64,000 bases of DNA from Candidatus Tectimicrobiota bacterium (GTDB taxonomy: Bacteria > JACPUC01), in contig JACPUC010000019.1 of NCBI GenBank assembly GCA_016192455.1, positions 62,001 to 126,000 of the forward strand, given 5' to 3'. Position 1 is the stretch's first letter, and every line of letters begins with the position of its first letter. Positions 56,489-64,000 of the stretch are shown here, piece by piece. A program made the translations under genes and the position numbers. Under the pieces are notes generated by a model, which did not search any database, was not told where the DNA came from, and worked only from the letters and a program-made list of their open reading frames with translations.

Positions 56489-57466
56489 ATGAAGATCTGA
56501 CTCGTGACGCCGGCCCCCGCTCGGTCCCGAAGCGGCAATCGTGCGACAGCCCTGCGCTGGGCAAGAATCCTGCGTGAGCTTGGCCATCGCGTCAGCATCG
56601 AGGTGGCGCACACGGGCGCCCCCTGCGACCTGATGATCGCCCTGCACGCGCGCCGCAGCGCTGCCTCGATCCAGCGTTTCCACCAGCGCCATCCTCAGGT
56701 TCCGCTTGTCGTCACCCTCACCGGCACCGACCTGTATCGGGACATCCAGACGAACCCCCGGGCGCAGCATTCGCTGGAGCTGGCGAGCCGACTCATCATC
56801 TTGCAGCCGATGGGGATTGAAGAGCTCGCCCCGCATCTGCGGGGCAAGGTGCGGGTGATCCACCAGTCCGCCGCGGCGGAGGTGAAGCCTGCGCGCAAGT
56901 CGAGCCGCAGCTTTGACGTCTGCGTCATCGGCCATCTGCGCCAGGTGAAAGACCCGTTCCGGACCGCCATGGCGGTCCGCCGTCTTCCTTCCGACTCGAT
57001 CCTCCGCGTCTTCCACGTCGGCCGGGCCCTCTCCAAGGCGATGGAGCAGCGCGCCACGGCTGAGACGCGGCGCAACCCGCGCTACACCTGGCTGAAGGAG
57101 AAATCCCCCGGCCAGGTGCGGCGGCGGCTGGCGCGCTGCCATCTCCTCGTGCTCAGCTCGAAAATGGAAGGCGGGGCGAACGTCATTTCCGAGGCGCTGG
57201 CTCTCGGCGTGCCGGTGCTCTCCTCGAACATCCGCGGCTCGATCGGCATTTTGGGGCCGGATTATCCGGGCTACTTCCCCGTGGGGAACACTGCTGCCCT
57301 CACGACCCTCTTGCTGCGTGCCGAGACGGAGCCGGACTTCTACCGCGAGCTGCAACGGTGCTGCGCCGAGCGCAAGCCCCTGGTCGACCCAACGCGGGAG
57401 CGCGAGGCGTGGCGGCGCCTGCTTCTGGATCTCCAGCCTGAGCCAGGGAATCAGCGTCTTTCCTAG
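56489..57466 (+). CDS. senB: Selenosugar synthase SenB (TIGR04348-type glycosyltransferase) with in-frame TGA at codon 4 (possible selenocysteine)
   Basis: MKI(U)LVTPA...GNRATALRW, ALHARRS, LTGTDLY, GHLRQVKDPF, MEGGANV; AGGAGG RBS 5 nt before ATG 56489. Confidence 0.88.
56502..56546 (+). promoter_or_regulatory. Candidate bacterial SECIS element
   Basis: Upper stem CCGC-TCG/CGA-(A)-GCGG with loop GTCC starting 23 nt after the TGA; lower stem TCGT(G)ACG/CGTGCGA; pairing worked out by eye. Confidence 0.55.
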
Positions 57467-57729
57467 AAGTTCACTTCCTCGCGTCGGGTGCGGCATTGAG
57501 CGCAAGGGGGGAGGCAAGCGCCGGGAGCCCTTGCGCTCCCTTCCCCGCCAGGGCGCACTGCGCGGGCGCGAAAACAGCCGCGGACGGCGCCCCGCCAACC
57601 CGCGGAGCCCCGTCCTTCGCATGGGGACGTTGCGCAAAGCTACGCTCCGACCCCACACCTCGTTCGTCGCGGCTCATTTTTCCCACACGGACCGAGGACC
57701 ACGGGCAGGGCAACCACATGCCGTGCCGC

Positions 57730-58806
57730 TTAGGCAAGCCCGGCTCCCCGAAGCGGCTCCCAGGCGATCCAGGCCTGGAGGTCGAAATCCGCCTTGATGA
57801 ATCCCCACCGCAAAAGGAAATCCTTCTGCCGCTCGATCGCCGCGATTGACTCTTCGGCCAGGTTGACTTCCATGCGGCAGTGGAAGTCCGAGGCATGCGC
57901 GGCGTCCACCCACTCCGCCGGCGCCCCCACGTCCTTGGCGACAATCAGGGCGACCTCGGAGCGATGCGTCGCCGCCCAGCGCGCCGCGTCATTCAGGCGT
58001 TTCACGTAGCGCGCCACTAGGTCGGGATGGTTGCGCACCAATTCGCCGCTGGCTGTCAATGCGGTGGGCGTCTGGTTGTTGGTGCGCACCGTGTGGTCGG
58101 GATGCCTGCCCACGTCCACGACCGTCGTGGCGCCGAGGAAATCAGCCAACCACGCCCCCGCCGCCCCCGCGCTGTACATCGCATCCACGTTGCCGTGGAT
58201 GAGGGCAAAGGCTTCAACCTGCTGGCGGCGCGCCCGATGCCCGCCGCTCCACAAGGTGCCGCGGTGGGACGCCGAGTCCGCGCCGAGGTAGCGCTCCACC
58301 ATCGGCAGATCAACCAGCTCCGCGTCCCGTTCGTCCATCCCCTCGAGGGCCAGCGCGGAGAGGTAGCCGCGCAGGCACATGGCGCGCCAGAAGTCAATCT
58401 GGTCGTTGACGCGGCGCGGCAAGGCCAAGCGGCGGCCGCGCAGGTCCCGAATGGTGCGGATGCCCGACTCCGGTCGGGCGATGATGGCCTGATACTCATC
58501 CACCCACGACAGGCCGATCAAGCGCACGTCGCCGCCGCGTGACCTCGTCCAGATGGGCGGGATGTTGCCCCCCTGGCGAAAGGAGTCGGACTGGGTATGG
58601 TCGAAGTGCGATTCGCGGATGCGCTGCTCCTCTGAGGCCCGCAGGGAGGCGATCTCGATGCCATCCGGCGCGAACTCCTCATCGAGCCAGCCGTGATCGA
58701 TGGCCAGGCTGGAAACGGTGGGAATCGGGCAGCGGGTGTACCAGAGTGCTTTCACCGCCGCTGGCGTCGTCCCCACCTCGGACGTCACCTCCGCTCGTTG
58801 TGCCAT
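57730..58806 (-). CDS. DszB-like (2'-hydroxybiphenyl-2-sulfinate desulfinase family) PBP2-fold protein
   Basis: WYTRCPIPT, SHFDH, FRQGGNIPP; no signal peptide. Confidence 0.8.
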   Translation of the reverse strand: MAQRAEVTSEVGTTPAAVKALWYTRCPIPTVSSLAIDHGWLDEEFAPDGIEIASLRASEEQRIRESHFDHTQSDSFRQGGNIPPIWTRSRGGDVRLIGLSWVDEYQAIIARPESGIRTIRDLRGRRLALPRRVNDQIDFWRAMCLRGYLSALALEGMDERDAELVDLPMVERYLGADSASHRGTLWSGGHRARRQQVEAFALIHGNVDAMYSAGAAGAWLADFLGATTVVDVGRHPDHTVRTNNQTPTALTASGELVRNHPDLVARYVKRLNDAARWAATHRSEVALIVAKDVGAPAEWVDAAHASDFHCRMEVNLAEESIAAIERQKDFLLRWGFIKADFDLQAWIAWEPLRGAGLA

Positions 58807-59058
58807 TGCAAGCCCTTCCTGCAATTTTGCCGAGGGTTCATGGTTCCTCTCCGCCTGGAAACCGGCAGGCTGCGGTGGCTTGCACCCTCACCACCGCGCC
58901 CGCCGGCCGCTGGGACATGGCAACGCTGCGCCGGCTCCTCGCCGGAGCGCTTCTCCAGGCCGACCAAAACTCTCCTGACCAGGACAGCCGCCCCGGCCGT
59001 AAACGCCACAAGACCTGCGCGAACCGCGGCGCGGCGCGCTCGACTCGGCGTTGCCCGC

Positions 59059-60225
59059 CTACTCAATGCGCAGGAACTCGCCCTTCGTCACCTGCACGAC
59101 GTAGATTTCCTTATCCGCGTCGCCATCCGGCCGAATGCTCGTCTTGCCGGTGATGCCGGGAAAATTCTTCAACTTTGCCAGGTGGTCGCGAATCTTCTTG
59201 CGGTCCTCCTGCTTTTGTTCCGGGCGGTTCGTGACGCCGCTCTCCTCAATGACCTTCTTCAGGATGTAAACGGTATCATAGACGCTGGCGGTGTAGTGCG
59301 GTGGGTCATGCTGCTTGCGCTCACGGAAGTTCTTGATGAAAGCCTGGGCGCGCGGGTCTGGATTGCCCAGCCAGAAATACGCCGGCATGACCACCCCTTC
59401 CACCGCCTCGCCGCCCTGGCGGATGAAGCCCCAGGCGCTCGAGCCGATGCCCATCACCACTGGCTGCTTCAAGCCTTGGCGCCGCACCTCTTTGACAAAA
59501 TTGGCGCCCTCGTACTGCACGGCGGAGAGGACGATGGCATCGGGGTTGGCGAACTTCACCTTCGTGACCTGGGCGGAGAAATCGACATCGCCGGTGACGA
59601 AGGTGAGCGTCGTATCTATCTCGATCTTCCGCTCCTTGAGGAGCGGCGGAAAATCCTGCGTCGCCTGCGTCTTCGACACGACGTCCTTGTTGTCGTAGAC
59701 CAGCACCACCTTCTTCACATTCGGGTTCCGCTTCAGGAAGACGTCGAGCGTCGAGCCGACCATGCGCTCGCTGGTCACCACATTGCGGAAGGTCCAGGGG
59801 CGGTTCTCCGCTGCAATGCCCTTGGCCGCCGCGGTGCCCGAGATCATGACGACGCCAGCGCGGTTGGCCACCGGAAAGGCCATCTTCGCCGAGGTGCTCA
59901 AAAACGGCCCCATGATCGCCAGCACCTGGTCTTGCTCGATGAGCCGGCGCGCGGCCTTGATGGCATCGTCAGGCTTGCTGGCGCTATCGTACTTGATGAA
60001 ACGCAGGGGCACGCCGCCAACGCCGCCGCCGCCGTTGATCTCCTGCAAGGCGATGTTCACGGTGACCTCATTGGTCTGTCCCCACTCCGCTGCCCAGCCG
60101 CTGAACGGATCGATCCAGCCCAGCACCACCTCCTTCCCCGCCAGCTTCTGGGCCGCGGCGACGCCTGGCACGAGAAGTGACACGAGAGCCGTTGCGCAGA
60201 GAATCCAGTAGACCAACCTTCTCAT
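59059..60225 (-). CDS. Orphan Liv-type ABC substrate-binding protein
   Basis: Signal peptide, KLAGKEV, EINGGGGVGG, NRPWTFR, DVDFSAQVTK. Confidence 0.9.
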   Translation of the reverse strand: MRRLVYWILCATALVSLLVPGVAAAQKLAGKEVVLGWIDPFSGWAAEWGQTNEVTVNIALQEINGGGGVGGVPLRFIKYDSASKPDDAIKAARRLIEQDQVLAIMGPFLSTSAKMAFPVANRAGVVMISGTAAAKGIAAENRPWTFRNVVTSERMVGSTLDVFLKRNPNVKKVVLVYDNKDVVSKTQATQDFPPLLKERKIEIDTTLTFVTGDVDFSAQVTKVKFANPDAIVLSAVQYEGANFVKEVRRQGLKQPVVMGIGSSAWGFIRQGGEAVEGVVMPAYFWLGNPDPRAQAFIKNFRERKQHDPPHYTASVYDTVYILKKVIEESGVTNRPEQKQEDRKKIRDHLAKLKNFPGITGKTSIRPDGDADKEIYVVQVTKGEFLRIE

Positions 60226-60440
60226 GGTATCCCCCCTTCTTCCAAACCCTCACCGAAGAGAACCCCGACCAGCCGAGGTCCCTTGCAACACCTGACGTGA
60301 CCACCTCCCCAACGCCCAACAACTCCAGATGAACCGAGCTCCGTCTCGAAGACCGCCCACCTTCGGAGTTGCGCTGTCAACGTGAGGAGGCACCACGATG
60401 TCTGGGCGTGCGGCACAGATAACCCAAAGGATGAAGTTAG

Positions 60441-60469
60441 AGCATGGCACGTCTTGCAAAGGGCTGCAA
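60441..60469 (-). promoter_or_regulatory. Extended -10 sigma-70-type promoter (shared signature C)
   Basis: Minus strand TTGCAG-N17-CATGCT with CGTGC before the -10. Confidence 0.55.
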
Positions 60470-60814
60470 GACTCAATCTCCGGTCATTGACGCAAGGCAG
60501 CTCACGCCGCTCCCGGGGCGCGGAGGTAGCGAGGTCGCGCCGACTGAAGCTCGCCAGGCCAGTCGCTGCGCAGGGCGGCGCCGGGGCTTCACCATCAGCA
60601 GCAGCCGCGCGCTTACCCCGCCCGCCACCTCTGGCGGCGACGGGGCGAGCAAGCCGGCTCACGCCGCCTCCCCACCCCCCCTTGACAACCATGCTTCGCA
60701 GGAGCATAGTAGACTCAACGCGAAGTCGCAGTTATGGTGTCATAACTGCATGCAGGACCGCAGTTGCCACCAACATGTGGTGTCGCGGTTATTTTGTCGG
60801 TAAGGAGTACGTAC

Positions 60815-61015
60815 GTGAAGGGTGAAGTGAAGAAGTTGGTGCGGGATCGGGGGTTTGGCTTCATTCGAGCGGAGGATGGGCGAGAGATCTTCTTCCATTT
60901 TTCGGCACTACAACCAGGCGTGTTTGATACGCTGGTGGAAGGCGATGCCGTGGAGTTCCAGGTGGAGCAAGGGAACAAGGGTCCACGTGCGACTCAGATG
61001 TCGGTGATCGCCTAA
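60815..61015 (+). CDS. Cold-shock domain protein
   Basis: KGEVK, RGFGFI (RNP1), IFFHFS (RNP2), KGPRA; TAAGGAG RBS before GTG 60815; TTGACA-N17-CATAGT at 60682-60710. Confidence 0.93.
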   Translation: MKGEVKKLVRDRGFGFIRAEDGREIFFHFSALQPGVFDTLVEGDAVEFQVEQGNKGPRATQMSVIA

Positions 61016-61409
61016 GGAGGGGTGGTAGCGCGGGGCACAACGGGCGGGTTTGGACGTGTGCCGCTGCGTGCCCCCGCGCGCCCCCGCGCGCCAACGAGAG
61101 AAGGGGGAGCCGTGGAAACGGCTTGAGGGTGTAAGTTCGATGGAGTGAAAGGGTGCTTTCTATCGCGCGAATCCCCGCCCCCTGACTGTTGTTGTGATTC
61201 CTCTCTGACGAGTCTCTGATCCCCCGCCGCAGGCGCTCAGTACTCTCTCCCAATCCTTTCGTTCCAGGCAGGTGGTGCGCTGGCGTGCGCCCCGCAGCGC
61301 CAGGTTCGTGCGCCCGAAGCGCGAGACGCGGCTCTGCCGCAGGCTGCTGCGCGGCAGGCCAGGCGCGGTCCGCTGCAGACCTGCCCCAGGACCGACCGCG
61401 GCGGCCGTT

Positions 61410-61874
61410 TCACTTTGCCGCATCGAAGCGACCCTGCTCCACCACGTGCTGGTGCGGCAGGACCTTCCAGGCCGCCATCGCGGCGTAGCTCTGGATCAGC
61501 TCGCGCTCCTCGGCGGCGAAGGCGCGCTCCTCTCGACTGCCGACGGCCATCATGCCGAGACGCCTGCCGGCGGCAAAGAGAGGAAGACCGGCCAACGACG
61601 CGATCTCCTCTTCCCGCACCCAGGGGATGTCGCGCACATGCTTGTCCGCCCGCACGTTCGGCACCCATACCGGCTCCGACCCCGCCGCAACCTTTCCCGC
61701 AAATCCTTCTCCAATCGGCACGATACGCCAGTCCTCGGCCTTGACGACGCGTCCGGCGTAAGCCATCACGCGCAGGCGCTGGCGTGAGTCAAAGAGACGC
61801 AGGCGAGCCATCGACAGACCGAGCAGCCGGACCGCGCACTCCACCACGGCATCGAAAGGTTCAAATTGGGTCAT
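61410..61874 (-). CDS. Stand-alone GAF domain protein
   Basis: GEGFAGKVA...PVWVPNV..D, SLAGLPL...LGMM, RAFAAEE...A. Confidence 0.75.
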   Translation of the reverse strand: MTQFEPFDAVVECAVRLLGLSMARLRLFDSRQRLRVMAYAGRVVKAEDWRIVPIGEGFAGKVAAGSEPVWVPNVRADKHVRDIPWVREEEIASLAGLPLFAAGRRLGMMAVGSREERAFAAEERELIQSYAAMAAWKVLPHQHVVEQGRFDAAK

Positions 61875-62887
61875 GCCAGTCTCACTTGGGCAGGGGTTGC
61901 AGCCTGGGCCGAGAGTCAGGGAAGCGCGTGAGCCTTGCCCCTCGGCCTCTTTGCCTGGCAGGCGCGGGCAGGCGCGCCTCCTCTCCGGAGGCTGCCGCCG
62001 CTATCGCGGCGCAGGGGCGCAGGGGAGTGTTTGCGGCCCCCAACCCCCCTTGGCACGGCCGCCTGCCGCGCAGTGGATTCATCAGGGAACTCTCGGGACG
62101 TACCACGAATTGAAGCTGCTCAGCATCTCGTAGGAGCGCTTGGCATCCTCGTAGGAGGCCTGCGCCACTCTACCCTGCTCTTTGTCTGTTTTCACCCTAC
62201 GCTTGAGCAGGGCAGTGGACGCTGTGGTGGGCACCTTACCTCTTATCCTCTCTTCCGAGACCCTACGCGCCCGCCCTCCGGATTTCGGCCGGACCTTCCA
62301 GGCTGCTCGTGGAGCAAGCGGCCAAGAAGGCGGCCCAGGAGGGGCGGCGCATGCAAGCCGCTCGTATCGCTCCCGCGGTCTGCCGCTCGCCGGTTTGGCG
62401 GCATTGCCTTTTCCGCCCGCCGAGGAGGCGGTGGCGCACAAGGCTGCCTTTGCGGCGAGCCGTGGCGCACTTTGCTTTGGCGGGGGGCGAAGAGCGTGAT
62501 ATAGTAGTCTCCTTCACAGTAACCGCCAGCACTCTTGTCGGGGCTCTCTGAACTTGCGGACTGAGGCCGCCGTGGGCAGCAGCCGGGATGCCCGGCGCCG
62601 CTCTTCCTGGGTGGTTGGAGCCGCGCCGGTGGCGCCGAGTGCGCTGTTCACGCGCCGGCACTTGAGGTAGGATGGAGGCACAGCGATTCGAGCTCTGAGA
62701 AACACGACACCCTGGAGCAGCCAGCCTTGTCCCCGTCGGTAACCTGGCCTCAATGCAACGGCACGACCGGGAGAGCAGGAGCCGGCTTCCAGATTTGTAA
62801 GGAGGTGCAAGCAACCGGAACGTTGTTCAAACACGGTTGGAGGTGAAGGGGGAAGCTACGTTCTAAGGCAGAGGAGGAGAACTCAAG

Positions 62888-64000
62888 ATGGCAAGAAATT
62901 CTCAACGTCGCGCCTGGATAGTGTTCGTCATGGTAGCCATGGCCCTGAGCCTGCTGACGATCATGCCACGGCAAAGCGCCGCCATCGAAGGCCCCGAGAT
63001 CAAGATCGGCGTCTTGAAGCCCTACACGGGATGGGGGGCTGAGACGGCACAGTATGCCGAAATCGCCATGGACATGGCCCTGGACAAGATCAACAAGGCC
63101 GGCGGCATCAACGGCATCCCCATCCGGCTCATCAAGTACGACACGCGCAGCAAAGCGGAGGAGGCGATCCTGGCCGCCCGGCGGCTCCTGGAGCAGGACA
63201 AGGTGCTGGCCATCATGGGGCCTGAGCTGAGCGCCGAGGCGCAGGTCGTCTTCCCGGTCATCAATCGAGGCGGCGTGATGGCGGTCTCCTCGATGGCCTC
63301 GGCACCCGGCATTGCCGCCGCGAACCGCCCCTGGGCGTTCCGCAACATCATGACGAGCGAGAAGCTCCTTGAGCCGGCGTTGGCCAAGTTCTTGAGCAAG
63401 CATCCAGAGATCAAGAACGTGGTCATCGTGTATGACAATAAGGATTTCCTGTCGAAATCCGAAGGCACGAAACTCTTTCCGGAATTGTTGAAGCCGCACA
63501 ACATCAAGGTCGTGGACATGGTCGCCTTTCACACCGGCGATGTCGACTACGCGGCGCAGGTCACCAAGATCAAGAACACGAAGCACGATGGCATCATCCT
63601 TGCCGCCCTCTACTATGAAGGGGGGTACTTCGTGCGCGAGCTGCGGCGGCAAGGTGTGAAGAGTCCCGTGCTGGCCGGCATCGGCATCTCCAGCCCGGTG
63701 TTCATGCGCGCCGGAGGCGAAGCTACAGAAGGGGTTGTCAACGCGCAAGGGTTCTGGACGGGAAACCCGCGGCCCGAGGTGCAGGAGTTCGTGAAGGAGT
63801 TCCTGGAACGCGCCAAAGGGAAAGTCCAAGTGATTACGCCGCCGCAGTACACCGCCTCCAACTACGACTCGTTGATGATCACCGCCAAAATCATCAAGGA
63901 GTCGGGGGTGACGAACCGCTCCGAAGACCTCGCCAAGGACCGCGAGCGTATCCGCAACGGTTGGCAGAATCTGAAGGATTACCCGGGCATGCAGGGTAAG
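62888..64000 (+). CDS. Liv-type ABC substrate-binding protein (runs off the window end)
   Basis: Not in the ORF track (no stop in window); GAGGAGGAG RBS, ATG 62888, signal peptide, INKAGGINGIP, NRPWAFR, GVTNRSEDLAKDRERIR. Confidence 0.9.
   Translation, partial: MARNSQRRAWIVFVMVAMALSLLTIMPRQSAAIEGPEIKIGVLKPYTGWGAETAQYAEIAMDMALDKINKAGGINGIPIRLIKYDTRSKAEEAILAARRLLEQDKVLAIMGPELSAEAQVVFPVINRGGVMAVSSMASAPGIAAANRPWAFRNIMTSEKLLEPALAKFLSKHPEIKNVVIVYDNKDFLSKSEGTKLFPELLKPHNIKVVDMVAFHTGDVDYAAQVTKIKNTKHDGIILAALYYEGGYFVRELRRQGVKSPVLAGIGISSPVFMRAGGEATEGVVNAQGFWTGNPRPEVQEFVKEFLERAKGKVQVITPPQYTASNYDSLMITAKIIKESGVTNRSEDLAKDRERIRNGWQNLKDYPGMQGK

Noticed and set aside
56504-57466. ORF-track start of senB at GTG 56504
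   Set aside because: No suitably spaced RBS and it truncates the first beta strand; ATG 56489 with AGGAGG fits better despite the in-frame TGA.
60263-60271. CCCCGACCA as an attR duplication of the tRNA-Pro 3' end
   Set aside because: Only 9 bp in GC-rich DNA; compatible with chance.
41795-60458. TGGCACG at about 41795, 43919 and 60445 read as sigma-54 -24 boxes on the plus strand
   Set aside because: The -12 TTGC is missing or mis-spaced and the adjacent genes are on the minus strand, where the same bases form well-spaced -35/-10 promoters.

Overview
High-GC chromosomal window from a diderm bacterium; the taxon cannot be determined from sequence alone. Housekeeping genes are groES-groEL (His-rich tail), surE-pcm, a cold-shock protein, tRNA-Cys(GCA) and tRNA-Pro(CGG). 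They are interspersed with a large scavenging and catabolic gene set: a metal ABC uptake operon with an outer-membrane porin, a NitT/TauT ABC system, two Liv-type ABC systems plus orphan binding proteins, three UbiD-family decarboxylases, a ComD/ComE-like TPP enzyme pair, two M24-fold proteins, a DUF1989 protein, a DszB-like protein and an IclR regulator. Most notable observations: (1) a divergent senA/senB (selenoneine) pair in which the best senB start (AGGAGG-N5-ATG at 56489) is followed by an in-frame TGA at codon 4 and a SECIS-like hairpin, suggesting selenocysteine-gated translation of a selenometabolite enzyme; (2) a DUF2946/CruR-like leader ORF ending in RAPP whose arrest codons are complementary to the Shine-Dalgarno of the downstream metal porin; (3) a TPR-class III cyclase divergent from an MshEN-like/cNMP/degenerate AAA+/membrane-ferredoxin fusion protein; (4) a decayed integron with an intI remnant, attI-like site, full attC and a toxin-antitoxin cassette; (5) a CTAG-bounded MITE-like repeat carrying REP palindromes; (6) a shared promoter/operator signature in front of three catabolic or transport genes. 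All family assignments come from motif recognition by eye; no database search or folding calculation was run.
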